Below are positions 18,194 to 27,637 of a stretch of DNA of 56,858 nt, piece by piece (position 1 is the stretch's first letter; each line of letters starts with the position of its first letter). The DNA is taken from positions 1-56,858 of the IMG/VR virus record IMGVR_UViG_3300047548_000085. The stretch is one strand, 5' to 3'. A model generated the notes under the pieces. It was not told the origin of the DNA, made no database searches, and worked only from the letters and a program-made list of their open reading frames with translations. The translations under genes were made by a program, and so were the position numbers. The stretch is from a virus. Its lineage: Duplodnaviria; Caudoviricetes.

Positions 18194-19153
18194 TTATCCC
18201 AAGAAAAAGTCTAATGGTGCTGCTTTATTTTGTAGTTCGTCTTCTAAGTCTTTAATCTCTTGAGTCGCTTCTTGGTATAACTTATCGCCATCGAGAGTTA
18301 CACCACCTGGAAGTTGAATGCCAGAGAATTTCTTTAGGTTAGTCGCCCATTGTTTCTTAAACAGAGCAGTTACGTAGTGCTTTAACCATGGCTCGTTAAA
18401 GACACGACCATAAGTTGATGGATCCATTGCACGATAACCTTGAATGATTATATGATCACCAAGAATAAAGTCTGTTTGCCAGTTAGCGTCTAAGTACAAC
18501 TTGTTTGATAGACGATTGTATCGGAACAATTGATGTCCGTTTAACTCTAGGTCTAGTAGAGCCAAGTGTGACATAACAGTTTTGTAATAGATTAGGCTTG
18601 TAGAAGTTAGATCGTACAAGTCGTTCAAACGTAGTTGATATTGTAAGTCGAAGATGTTCTTTGAAGAAGACGCTTGACCCATACCAAGAATCTTAGTAAT
18701 ACCGTATACATAATCTGGGATCTCGATATAACGATTATCATATTCACGTTTAGTGATAGAAACAGTTGTAGCAACTTGACCAGATCCAGCCCCTGTAATC
18801 GCCTCACCTGCTTGGAATGTACCAACGATATTTTTAACTAGAAGTAAAGTTTCAGTTGAAACACGAGTGGACTCACGAACGACTTCGGCAGTAGCACCCG
18901 ATGTTGCTCCAGTGATTTTCTCTGCAAGTTGATAGTTACCAGCAACAGCAGTAGTTAGAACGATCTCAGAAGCACGAATTGCTTGCTTCATGTAGATTTG
19001 TTCAACACCTTCGTAGTGATATAGATTCCAGTAATCTAATGCTTCATCAATACGATCTTCTAGTTGATCTTCATCTACGTTGATTTCGAGCACTGGTGCA
19101 CCCAATGCTCTTAAGCAGTATTGTTTTAGTCCGTCTCTTGTAGAAACTGCCAT
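18194..19153 (-). CDS. gp13: neck protein gp13
   Basis: L..YCLR.LGAPVLEINV..DQ.EDRIDEAL, WLK.Y.TAL.K.QW..NL.KF.G.QLPGGVTLDG. Confidence 0.95.
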   Translation of the reverse strand: MAVSTRDGLKQYCLRALGAPVLEINVDEDQLEDRIDEALDYWNLYHYEGVEQIYMKQAIRASEIVLTTAVAGNYQLAEKITGATSGATAEVVRESTRVSTETLLLVKNIVGTFQAGEAITGAGSGQVATTVSITKREYDNRYIEIPDYVYGITKILGMGQASSSKNIFDLQYQLRLNDLYDLTSTSLIYYKTVMSHLALLDLELNGHQLFRYNRLSNKLYLDANWQTDFILGDHIIIQGYRAMDPSTYGRVFNEPWLKHYVTALFKKQWATNLKKFSGIQLPGGVTLDGDKLYQEATQEIKDLEDELQNKAAPLDFFLG

Positions 19154-19163
19154 TTTTTATCCT

Positions 19164-21674
19164 TTATACAATCGTCCAAGTTGAACCATCTGGAACTGTG
19201 ACAGTAACACCATTATTAATTGTGATTGGACCAGCTGACATTGCATTATAATTTGATGGAATTGTTACGTTAGCAGAAATTGTGGTTGCTGTATATACGA
19301 ATGGGTTAGTAGAAGTTGCAATAAAACCATCAACTGCAGTAACAGTACCAGCAGAGAAGTCACCATTAGCATCACGAGCAACAATAGTGGAAGCAGTGTT
19401 CGCTGATGTAGCGTTTGAAGTGACTGTGAATGTAGCATTACCAGATTGGTTAGCACTAAATGATGCTGACCCAGAAATACCAGTTCCAGAAGTTGCTAAT
19501 GTTAGAGTTCCGTCACCAACAGAAATAGAACTTGTAGATGCAGCAGTGACACGACCATATGTGTCAATGGTTAGAACAGGAATAGCAGTTGCACCACCAT
19601 ATGAACCAGCAGTAACACCAGAAGCAGCAAGAGTCCAAGTTCGCGCTGCAGAACCGTTATATGCAGTTCCAGATAAACCTGTACCAGCTGTCAAACTGTT
19701 TAGGTTATTACCAAGAGTTACACCAGAAATAGTAGATGCAGCTAGTTTTGAGACATCGATCGCAGCAGATGCACTAATATCACCGTTGACGATAGTGCCG
19801 TCAGCAATCATTGTAGATGTAACAGTACCAGTATCTCCAGTTGTTACTAATGTACCAGAAGTAGCTGGAATGGTGATAGCAGTAGTTCCAGCTGTAGCAG
19901 CTGGAGTCATTGTAACAGTGCCAGATGTAGCACCTGGAAGGGCAATGCTTGAAATACCAGTTAGTGCTAAGTTAGCAGAAGCACGGTTTAGTGCAACCGC
20001 AGTGGTACCAATATAAGCAGTTGAATTACCAAGAACTGCAGAAGGAATTGTTCCAGTTAAGTTTCCAGCAGTTGTATAGTATGAACCATGTTGTCCGTCT
20101 AGGTAATCTACGTTTAGGTTAGATACCAAAGTAGTAGAAGCAACTACTAATGGAGCAGTACCAGTGGCAACAGTAGAAGTGATTTGACCACTGAACGAAC
20201 CAGTTGTTCCAGAGAAACTAGAAGAAGTGATTGTCTTGTTGCTTAATGATTCGGAACCAGCAAGAGTTGCTAAAGTACCAGTAGTTGGTAGTGTTACGCT
20301 AGTTGCAGCAGTAACAGTTAGAGTAGTAGCGAAAGCGCCAGAAGTGGTTAAGTTACCACCTAGTGTGATTGTGTTAGAACCATTGTTTACACCAGTACCA
20401 CCGTAAGTTGGTCCAATGACAGTACCTTGCCAAACACCAGTGCCGATCGTGCCAACAGAAGTCAGAGAAGAAGCAGTAACACCAGAACCAAGAGTCGATG
20501 CGCTTAGAACTGAAGTGCCGTTGATTTCATAAACCTTACCAGAAGCAAGGTTCCAATCTTCAGAAGAAGTCCAACCAGTAGTTGACCAAGTAATAGTCTT
20601 ATCAGTTGCACCTTTAAGTACGATACCACCACCGTTGGCAGTTGTGTCAGTTGGAGTAGCAACAGTACCAAGTTCAATCAGAATATCATCAACTGCTAGA
20701 GTAGTAGAGTTGATTGTAGTAGTTGTGCCGTTAACAGTTAAGTTGCCAGTAATGGCTAAGTTGTTGTTAACAGTAGTAGTGCCAGTAGAAGCACCTAGAG
20801 AAAGTGTAGTAGCAGCACCGAATGCATTGATAGTAGTCGCAGTGGTGTTGAATACGTTGAATGAAGCAGAACCAGTCAATACACTTGTTGTAAATGACGG
20901 GCTAGTACCAAATACTAAAGCACCACTTCCAGTTTCGTCTGAAACTGCAGCAGCGATTTGAGCAGAAGTAGCAGTTAGCGTATTATTCGCTAAGTTGATA
21001 GACTTGTTAGTAAGTGTCTGAGTTGCGGCAATGCCAGCAAGAGTATCTGTGACTGCAGGTAATGTTAGAGTACCAGAAGCAGCAGCTGTCGCTTGAATAC
21101 GAGTAGTACCAGAAGTAGAACCTGCAAAGTCGACTGGTGTATTAGTCAGTAGTCGTGTATAATTCCAACCACCTTGCTTAACACCAGCAGTACCTGCCGC
21201 ATTCTCTGCATAAAATTCTAGTTCACCATTAGATGCACCAGAAGAAGTTTCAGCTAGAATGTAAGTGAAACCATCAACAGACTTAACACCGCCAAGTGAA
21301 GACCAAGCAGTACCGTTATAACCTTCAAATGAAGTTAATGATGAGTTAAAACGGATCTGACCCGTAGAAGCTGTTGGTCTTTGCGCAGTAGTACCTACTG
21401 GAATAACAAGAGCAGTAGTTGCGCTTAGAGTTATTGTGCCAGAATAAGTGTGATCGCCAGCGAACGTACCAGACAAAGTACCGCTAGAAAGTGTTTTATT
21501 TGTTAGTGTTTCTGTTCCTGCTAAAGTAGCAAGAGTACCAGATGCAGTAGGAAGAACAATGGTAGCTCCATTGTTATAGATGTTACTGCTTGTTAAGTCT
21601 AGATTGTCACCAGATGCCAGTTCATAGATCTTAGCGTCTGTCGCATTGACAATCAGAGGAAAACGATTTGCCAT
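19164..21674 (-). CDS. long tail-fibre-like structural protein
   Basis: Ser/Thr/Gly-rich; repeated 'TLATLAG.ETLTNKT'; P.GTTAQRP...G.IRFN module; C-terminal NAMSAGP...WTIV module. Confidence 0.85.
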   Translation of the reverse strand: MANRFPLIVNATDAKIYELASGDNLDLTSSNIYNNGATIVLPTASGTLATLAGTETLTNKTLSSGTLSGTFAGDHTYSGTITLSATTALVIPVGTTAQRPTASTGQIRFNSSLTSFEGYNGTAWSSLGGVKSVDGFTYILAETSSGASNGELEFYAENAAGTAGVKQGGWNYTRLLTNTPVDFAGSTSGTTRIQATAAASGTLTLPAVTDTLAGIAATQTLTNKSINLANNTLTATSAQIAAAVSDETGSGALVFGTSPSFTTSVLTGSASFNVFNTTATTINAFGAATTLSLGASTGTTTVNNNLAITGNLTVNGTTTTINSTTLAVDDILIELGTVATPTDTTANGGGIVLKGATDKTITWSTTGWTSSEDWNLASGKVYEINGTSVLSASTLGSGVTASSLTSVGTIGTGVWQGTVIGPTYGGTGVNNGSNTITLGGNLTTSGAFATTLTVTAATSVTLPTTGTLATLAGSESLSNKTITSSSFSGTTGSFSGQITSTVATGTAPLVVASTTLVSNLNVDYLDGQHGSYYTTAGNLTGTIPSAVLGNSTAYIGTTAVALNRASANLALTGISSIALPGATSGTVTMTPAATAGTTAITIPATSGTLVTTGDTGTVTSTMIADGTIVNGDISASAAIDVSKLAASTISGVTLGNNLNSLTAGTGLSGTAYNGSAARTWTLAASGVTAGSYGGATAIPVLTIDTYGRVTAASTSSISVGDGTLTLATSGTGISGSASFSANQSGNATFTVTSNATSANTASTIVARDANGDFSAGTVTAVDGFIATSTNPFVYTATTISANVTIPSNYNAMSAGPITINNGVTVTVPDGSTWTIV

Positions 21675-21683
21675 TTATTATCC

Positions 21684-21944
21684 TTATACAGTTACCGCTA
21701 CTGAACCAGCACGACCAGTCACAGAAAGAACACCAGAAGTTAGCGTTATGATGGTGTTAGCAGATCTACCATAAACGAAAAGCGATCCTGTTGAGGATGA
21801 GAATGGGCGAACAAGGTTATCTGCACCCTTGTAGTAAATTTTACCATCAGCATAGTTTAGAGCAAGTTCGCCAAAATCAAGATCGCTTGATAGTGGAACT
21901 TTGCCTGTTACGGCTGACTTCTTTAATATAATCTTATTTGCCAT
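21684..21944 (-). CDS. small fibre-associated protein (MANKIILKKS..GK.P...L..GELALNYADGK)
   Basis: Start moved to ATG 21944 (AGGA SD); N-terminal motif shared with the 797-aa fibre (IRIKRS....P..L..GELA). Confidence 0.7.
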   Translation of the reverse strand: MANKIILKKSAVTGKVPLSSDLDFGELALNYADGKIYYKGADNLVRPFSSSTGSLFVYGRSANTIITLTSGVLSVTGRAGSVAVTV

Positions 21945-21984
21945 TACAATTCCTATTGAGGAAACTATTCGCAGTAAGAACTGC

Positions 21985-22012
21985 AAGAGGGAGCGAACTC
22001 CCTCTTATTTAT
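21985..22012 (-). promoter_or_regulatory. late promoter ATAAATA followed by a 9-bp UUCG hairpin
   Basis: ATAAATA at 22012-22006, then AAGAGGGAG-TTCG-CTCCCTCTT without a long U-tract on the minus strand. Confidence 0.55.
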
Positions 22013-22019
22013 TCACAAC

Positions 22020-24413
22020 TTAGTAAGTGCCACCGTCGATGTTGAAACCGTCTAGAGTAGATGTTCCAGCACCAGCACCAGTAATATTCGCACCAACTGT
22101 TACGTTACCAGAAGCACTAAGAGTAGTAAACGCACCAGTGGAAGCAGTAGATGCTCCGATTGGAGTGTTGTTAATAGAACCACCGCTGATTACAGCACCA
22201 GTGATAGTCTTATTCGTTAGTGTTTCTACACCAGCTAGAGTAGCCAGAGTGCCAGTTGTTGGTAGAGTTACGCTAGTAGTACCAGTTACAGTCAGAGTCG
22301 TATTGAACGCACCTGATGTAGTTAGGTTGCCACCAAGAGTAATAGTCTTAGAACCGTTGTTGACACCAGTACCACCGTAAGTTGGGCTAACAACAGTACC
22401 CTGCCAAGTACCAGAACTGATGGTACCAAGAGTAGTGATAGAAGATTGACCAACGTAAGTAGAAGCAATGTCGATACTATCAGCGTTAACAGTAATGCGG
22501 TTAGCAGTACCAACGATGTCTAGAACACCAGATGCGTAAGTAAGACCAGCACCAGCAAGGCTAGACTTCAGCTGTAGGTTATCAGAAACAATTTCAATAC
22601 CACCAGCAGATGCTACGTTTACTTCTAGAGTGTAGCCGTTCTTGCTTAGACCATTACCTGCAATCAGAGTACCAGAAGCAGAGAATAGAGCGAAGTCTAG
22701 TGCGCTAGTACCAAGAGTTATTGGATCGTTAGTGGTTAGAACGAAACCACAGTCAGCGTTAACAGTACCTTCTTCAACGAAGCAGAACATACCGCTAGTG
22801 ACTTCACCACCTGGATTGTTATCCGCATCCGTGGCACGAGTCCAAGAACCAGAAGCAACAACGTAGATACCGTTCTGAGAAGCAGTAGTTTGGTTCTTAA
22901 CAAGAACACGATCGCCAACAGCAAGCGCAATGCCGTCAACAGTCTGAGTGTTACTTAGAGTAATGTTTGCAGTAGTTGCTGCACGAACAGATTGCTTAAC
23001 ATCTAGACCAGAGCGTGCAGCATCAACGTAGTACTTGGTAGCTGCGTCAGAATCAGCAGTTGGCTCAGCAAGATTAGTAATCTTGTGAGCGTTCATATCG
23101 ATAACGCTACCGAAAGTAGCAACACCAGTTACACCAAGAGTACCGCCAACAGTAGTATTACCTGTTACTCCTAGAGTAGAACTTAGAGTAGTTGCGCCAG
23201 TTACAGCTAGAGTACCTGCTACGTTGGTATTACCAGTAGCAGAAGAAACTGTGAACTTGTTAGTGTTAACAGAAAGGTCGTTAGTTACTGCAAGAGTGCT
23301 AGAAAGAGTAACAGCACCAGTGACTGCTAGAGTACCACTTAGAGAAGTGTTACCAGAAACGCCAAGAGTGCCTGCAACGGTAGTGTTACCAGAAGCTGCA
23401 GCAACAGTGAACTTGTTAGTGTTAACAGCGAAGTCGCTTGCTACACCAAGAGTACCACTTAGAGAAGTGTTACCTGTTACGGCTAGAGTGCCACCAACAG
23501 TAGCGTTACCAGTAACACCAAGAGATGATAGACCAGCAAGGCTAGAAGTAGTAGTACCTAGCGTTAGAGTAGAACTACCAAGAGTGATGCTATTGGCAGA
23601 AACTGCGCCAGAAGTAACAGTAAAGTGAGTTGCGTTGAAAGAAGCAACACCCTTGTTAGTAGTGGTTGCGTCTTCAGCAGAGATAGTTAGAGTATTTGCA
23701 GTTACTGCAGTATCAATACCCTCACCACCAACGATAGCCAGAGTCTCGCTTAGAAGAGAGATACCATCAGAGCCAGTATCGCCAGTTAGGTTTAGAGTAG
23801 TGGCAACTGAAACAGTACCAGCTGCAGACAAACGACCCTTAGAGTCAACAGTGAATGTTGGAATCGCAGTAGCAGAACCATAAGAACCCGCTGTTACACC
23901 AGTAGTCTTAAGAGCAAGAGAAGTGGTACCAGCAGTGTCGTCATAAGTAGCATCGATTTCAACACTATCAACGATCTGTCCACCAGTTACGTCTTGAATG
24001 TACTCTGCAAGAGAAGTAGTAGCATCAGTCCAGATGTTGGTAATGATAGACTTACCAGTACCATTTGGAGTGATTAGGATATTACCATTTGTATCAGTAG
24101 AACTGATTGTGTTACCGTTTAGGTCAAGGTTATCGACCTTTAGGTTATCCAACTTAGAGTTGGAATCGACGACGAGTGCAGAGTCAGCAGTCAGAACACC
24201 ACGTGTGTGATCCAACATGTCTGTGAAATACTTACCACCGATGACGATGTGATTCGCTGCATTACCTGCAGTTTCTGTGCCCATACCGATGTATAGACGA
24301 TCACCACCGTTCGAGCCGTTATCTGTTAAAGCGGAATACGCTAATTCACCAGCGCCCAGTACTGCTGGATTGCCTGAAACTGAACTTCTTTTTATGCGAA
24401 TCACTGAAGCCAT
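22020..24413 (-). CDS. tail fibre protein
   Basis: IKRS...GELAYS N-terminus; beta-strand repeats (V.GTL.VTG, VNTNKFTV); DAATK.YVD, DVK.SVR.ATT.NI.L...GDRVLVK.QT....NGIYV; ends IDGGTY. Confidence 0.88.
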   Translation of the reverse strand: MASVIRIKRSSVSGNPAVLGAGELAYSALTDNGSNGGDRLYIGMGTETAGNAANHIVIGGKYFTDMLDHTRGVLTADSALVVDSNSKLDNLKVDNLDLNGNTISSTDTNGNILITPNGTGKSIITNIWTDATTSLAEYIQDVTGGQIVDSVEIDATYDDTAGTTSLALKTTGVTAGSYGSATAIPTFTVDSKGRLSAAGTVSVATTLNLTGDTGSDGISLLSETLAIVGGEGIDTAVTANTLTISAEDATTTNKGVASFNATHFTVTSGAVSANSITLGSSTLTLGTTTSSLAGLSSLGVTGNATVGGTLAVTGNTSLSGTLGVASDFAVNTNKFTVAAASGNTTVAGTLGVSGNTSLSGTLAVTGAVTLSSTLAVTNDLSVNTNKFTVSSATGNTNVAGTLAVTGATTLSSTLGVTGNTTVGGTLGVTGVATFGSVIDMNAHKITNLAEPTADSDAATKYYVDAARSGLDVKQSVRAATTANITLSNTQTVDGIALAVGDRVLVKNQTTASQNGIYVVASGSWTRATDADNNPGGEVTSGMFCFVEEGTVNADCGFVLTTNDPITLGTSALDFALFSASGTLIAGNGLSKNGYTLEVNVASAGGIEIVSDNLQLKSSLAGAGLTYASGVLDIVGTANRITVNADSIDIASTYVGQSSITTLGTISSGTWQGTVVSPTYGGTGVNNGSKTITLGGNLTTSGAFNTTLTVTGTTSVTLPTTGTLATLAGVETLTNKTITGAVISGGSINNTPIGASTASTGAFTTLSASGNVTVGANITGAGAGTSTLDGFNIDGGTY
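23329..23474. repeat. 26-bp exact direct repeat (AGAGTACCACTTAGAGAAGTGTTACC) at 120-bp spacing within the fibre gene
   Basis: Copies at 23329-23354 and 23449-23474 encode GNTSLSGTL; GTGAACTTGTTAGTGTTAACAG is also repeated nearby. Confidence 0.8.
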
Positions 24414-24427
24414 TTATGTTCTCCTAA

Positions 24428-25069
24428 TTATTTTTGTGTAAATCCTGCAGGCTCAGTACCTGGGAAACAGAATTTCTTTTGACCTAATTCGTTTACGTAT
24501 AACTTTCTGCCAGTTAAAGCAACACGCATTTTATCTGCGTATTCCTTTGGTTGTTTTCTGCCAATTCTAGCTTCAGCCATCTTTCTTTTAGTTTCTTCAG
24601 AAGCTGGAATTCCTTTGTTCCATGTAGGATTTCCTTTATGGGCTTCTGACATTTTCTTTTTAACTTCATCACTTCTTTTCAAACCAGTATTTGCTTTCTT
24701 TATAGCATCTATCTGTTTTTGAGAATTTTTGAACATTCCAAACTTACCTTTTCTACCTTTAGCAGCTGCTTCAGGAGAAATGCTAATATTATCAGTCATG
24801 TTTAAGAAGTCGTTTCGGTGAACAACATTCAATTTTTTAAGAACTTTGGTTTCCCAAACTCTTGCTGAATTTTTATCAGAGAACGTCTTTCTTATCTCGT
24901 ACTCGAATGAATCAGAACCATATTGTTCAAGCAACTCTTTAACATACTTTGAACTTGTCTTGTAAGTGTTCCAAAACTCTGATGGGTGACAACCCTCAGC
25001 AAACCTACATCCATAGTAAAATTTACCTGTAGGTTTATGTTTTAACAGATACGTATATGGTGTAGTCAT
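24428..25069 (-). mobile_element. free-standing GIY-YIG (Seg-like) homing endonuclease with NUMOD3-like repeats
   Basis: YTYLLKH..TGKFYYGCR, Y.TSS, conserved E and N; Lys-rich 'S.E.K.KMSEA..G' repeats; more AT-rich than the flanking fibre genes. Confidence 0.85.
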
Positions 25070-25320
25070 TAAAATTCTCCACCTTCCATGTTCTGCGCAT
25101 CAAGCGTAGTGGTAGATGTCCATTTGTTTGTAGTTGTTCTAAACACCAGAATCGCACCATTGGTTTTACCATTGGTTGTGACATCAACGTCACCTACGTT
25201 ATCCAACGATTCTACAACTGCTGGATTTGTCAGATTGGTAGTTGTGGTTACCAGAGTTTCTTGCGCTAGTGTAGCGGTGAACTGGGAGCCATCGTCAATT
25301 ACGACTGTTGTATCTGCCAT
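25069..25320 (-). CDS. small fibre-associated structural protein
   Basis: L..VGDVD......GA.LV......KW motif; ends MEGGEF (like IDGGTY). Confidence 0.65.
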   Translation of the reverse strand: MADTTVVIDDGSQFTATLAQETLVTTTTNLTNPAVVESLDNVGDVDVTTNGKTNGAILVFRTTTNKWTSTTTLDAQNMEGGEF

Positions 25321-25321
25321 A

Positions 25322-25657
25322 TTAAATCTGAGTGATTTCTGGGGTTACTGTGACGATCCCTTCAACTACTCTGGTTCTATTACCAGCTGCTGAAGTGATC
25401 TCTACGTCATACAGGTATCGACCTGGAGGGATTGCTCCCGTTTGAGCTGCGGTTAATTCTAACCTGATTTTGCCTGCCAGTGCATCAAATACGCTGGAAG
25501 TGAAATTATAAGCAATTGTGGAGGTATAAGACTTACGGATTTGCGACTTAACTGTGTAGCCTGTTAGATTAAGCGCACCTGTGCCACTAGAAGCTACGGT
25601 AATAATGTTACTGTAGTTAGCTCCTGCGTCAATAAAAATGTTAGCAATAGTCGCCAC
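25322..25657 (-). CDS. virion structural protein (BppU N-terminal-like fibre adaptor)
   Basis: AN..ID.GA.Y......LNLTGYT..SQIRKSY...G.I.L.LT..QT....GRY.YDVEI......RVVEG.VTV.P; GTG start with GGAG SD. Confidence 0.75.
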   Translation of the reverse strand: MATIANIFIDAGANYSNIITVASSGTGALNLTGYTVKSQIRKSYTSTIAYNFTSSVFDALAGKIRLELTAAQTGAIPPGRYLYDVEITSAAGNRTRVVEGIVTVTPEITQI

Positions 25658-25684
25658 GTGAAGATCTCCAAATTCTGTACTCTT

Positions 25685-25691
25685 TATTTAT
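25685..25691 (-). promoter_or_regulatory. late promoter (ATAAATA)
   Basis: Directly downstream of the terminator and upstream of 25657. Confidence 0.65.
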
Positions 25692-25711
25692 TCGTTTGTG
25701 AATTTGGATGC

Positions 25712-25737
25712 AAAAAACCCGCCGAAGCGGGTTTTTT
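25712..25737 (-). terminator. rho-independent (bidirectional) terminator with cUUCGg tetraloop
   Basis: AAAAAACCCGC-TTCG-GCGGGTTTTTT. Confidence 0.9.
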
Positions 25738-25993
25738 ATACTAACGGTTCTGGTTGTGTGTCTTTTGCAAGTTTAACCCACCCACGATTAAATGCTAGTA
25801 ATACGATCTCGTCTTTAGACGTTGGTAGAGTTGTTGATGTCTCGATTGATTTCTCAAGAGCAATCTTCATAATATCATCCATAGCTACTCTACATCTCTC
25901 GTGAATCACGTTATTAATCCACTCTTCTTGAGATAAAGCAACATGTCCTAGCGCAAGATTTTCCGCTTCAGTTAGTGTTACGTTAAAGTTCAT
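25736..25993 (-). CDS. small partner/chaperone of the C1q-domain fibre-tip protein
   Basis: TLT.AE..AL......EWI.N.I.ER.R.A...I...P.SKDEIV..AF..GWVK; follows the C1q gene. Confidence 0.6.
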   Translation of the reverse strand: MNFNVTLTEAENLALGHVALSQEEWINNVIHERCRVAMDDIMKIALEKSIETSTTLPTSKDEIVLLAFNRGWVKLAKDTQPEPLV

Positions 25994-26006
25994 ATCTACT
26001 CCTATA

Positions 26007-26480
26007 TTATCCTAAAAGGAAAGCCCACATGGAATTGTAATGTGAGTTTCCATGTGATGTATTCTGAATAACCCACCACTCAATATAATCTCCAGCTGCA
26101 AGCACTCTTACAATTTGGGAACCGAAACTGTCGTTACTGCTGTTAGTGTCTTGCGTAGCAGATCCCTGAATGGCAGTGCCATTGATTCGAATCTCTATCT
26201 GACAATCACCAGTACCAGAGTTCCCTAGGTGATGATATCCGATAACATACACTCCACCAACAGGCACATTCACTCTATTGTTGGTGTTATCAATAGACAT
26301 ACCACCACGATATGCGTTATTCGCATTTAACAAAATCTTTCCGTTTGTGATAGTGGTGTTACAGCTAGCTTGAGCGAACGGTTGATAGGGTTTAACAACA
26401 AGTCCACTACTATTTGGTTGTAACGCCCAGTTTGATCCGTTTGTTGAGATACCATCTGTACCCGATAAGACTAATGGCAT
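26007..26480 (-). CDS. C1q/TNF-like domain fibre-tip / adhesin
   Basis: P.A.A...N.R..VPV.GVY.....I.ING......V.L.AGDYIE......LLG C-terminus typical of C1q-fold phage proteins. Confidence 0.7.
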   Translation of the reverse strand: MPLVLSGTDGISTNGSNWALQPNSSGLVVKPYQPFAQASCNTTITNGKILLNANNAYRGGMSIDNTNNRVNVPVGGVYVIGYHHLGNSGTGDCQIEIRINGTAIQGSATQDTNSSNDSFGSQIVRVLAAGDYIEWWVIQNTSHGNSHYNSMWAFLLG

Positions 26481-26481
26481 A

Positions 26482-26802
26482 TTACACTCCCTCTGGTTTT
26501 GGATACTTGGCTTTTACTGCGTTGATAGCATCTTGCCAAGTAGTTGTGCCGTTTACTGAATCCCAATACTGCATATCCATTTGTTCTTGAATAGAAGGAT
26601 ATTCAGCAGCACGAAGACGTTGGTATTCTTTATTGTTATATTCTTGTTGTAATCTAATAACTTCAGATTCAAGTTCTACCTTAGAAGGCTTTTCGCTGTC
26701 TTCCATCCATTCCAAAGTAGAATAGTTGCCGTCTCTAATAACAAAGGATGCGTTTGGATATAAACTGGTAAGAGCATCAACCAGATCGAATTTTTTAATC
26801 AT
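26482..26802 (-). CDS. tail-fibre assembly chaperone-like protein (XkdW-like)
   Basis: AL..L.PNA.F......LEW.....PS..ELE.E..RL...Y...YQRLR..EYP...Q.D...W....AVKAKYPK. Confidence 0.75.
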   Translation of the reverse strand: MIKKFDLVDALTSLYPNASFVIRDGNYSTLEWMEDSEKPSKVELESEVIRLQQEYNNKEYQRLRAAEYPSIQEQMDMQYWDSVNGTTTWQDAINAVKAKYPKPEGV

Positions 26803-27269
26803 GCTGCAATCTCCAATAATGTCATGGTGGCTCCACTACTACCACTACCACCACGATTATAACGAACCTGTCCTCGGTTGCTCCCAACCATCGCATATGT
26901 ATAAGTTAAAGCCGATATTGAAGATGGAGAATCTAGATAATTTGTAGACCACGATTCAATAATCATAGTAGCAATATTACCATATATTCTTTCTCCATTA
27001 AAATAAACTTGAGTTCCGTTTCTTGAAATTCTTTCACCAAAAGAATAATCACTAGAAGTAGGATCACATGCACCAGAACTGTGGATAAGAATTAGAACTT
27101 TACTAGTAGTGAATCTTGGTGTTATTGATGCGCTTAGTACTGTTGGACTAGCAACACCATTAATTGTTGTTTCTGTTCCTCCTGCAGAAGTCTGAACAAC
27201 TTGAAGAACTGTACCATAATTAACACCAGCACTATTCTGCCATGTATCAAATTTTGCGATTGACGCCAT
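26799..27269 (-). CDS. fibre-tip beta-sandwich protein
   Basis: G.VLQVVQ...L.ASITP....SKVLI....YLDSP......TY......MTLLEIAA. Confidence 0.75.
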   Translation of the reverse strand: MASIAKFDTWQNSAGVNYGTVLQVVQTSAGGTETTINGVASPTVLSASITPRFTTSKVLILIHSSGACDPTSSDYSFGERISRNGTQVYFNGERIYGNIATMIIESWSTNYLDSPSSISALTYTYAMVGSNRGQVRYNRGGSGSSGATMTLLEIAA

Positions 27270-27271
27270 TA

Positions 27272-27637
27272 TTAAACTCCTTTAGGATACTTTTGCTTAA
27301 CAGCTTCAACAGCAGCTAGGTAAGCAGTCATTTTAGTTTCATCACCTTGAGATTGCCAATAGATAGCATCAGCTAGATCAGCTAGAGGTGGATATTCGAA
27401 TTTACGAAGTCTCTGGTATTCTGAAGAAACAAACTCTGCTTCTAAACGAGCAATTTCGGCGTCTAGTTCTTCTTTAGACGGCATAGTTTGAACTTCGTCT
27501 AACCAAATAATACTTTTGGATTCAAACTCGCCAGTAGGTTCGCCATTTGCGTTTACAATTTCTTGCCAACCTGCGTCTTCGCCATTAACTGCCCACTGAG
27601 CATTTGGTCTTAAATTTTGTAGTGCTTGTCCAATCAT
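27272..27637 (-). CDS. tail-fibre assembly chaperone-like protein (paralog of 26482-26802)
   Basis: AL..LRPNAQW, PS.EELDAEIARL, YQRLR..EYP.L.D.AD, AVK.KYPK; start moved to ATG 27637 (ATGA overlap). Confidence 0.75.
   Translation of the reverse strand: MIGQALQNLRPNAQWAVNGEDAGWQEIVNANGEPTGEFESKSIIWLDEVQTMPSKEELDAEIARLEAEFVSSEYQRLRKFEYPPLADLADAIYWQSQGDETKMTAYLAAVEAVKQKYPKGV

Noticed and set aside
19282-24210. Numerous plus-strand Val/Pro/Ala-rich ORFs (e.g. 19282-20016, 22027-22380, 23224-23628)
   Set aside because: Antisense shadows of Thr/Gly/Ser-rich fibre genes with biased codon usage; no SD sequences or motifs.
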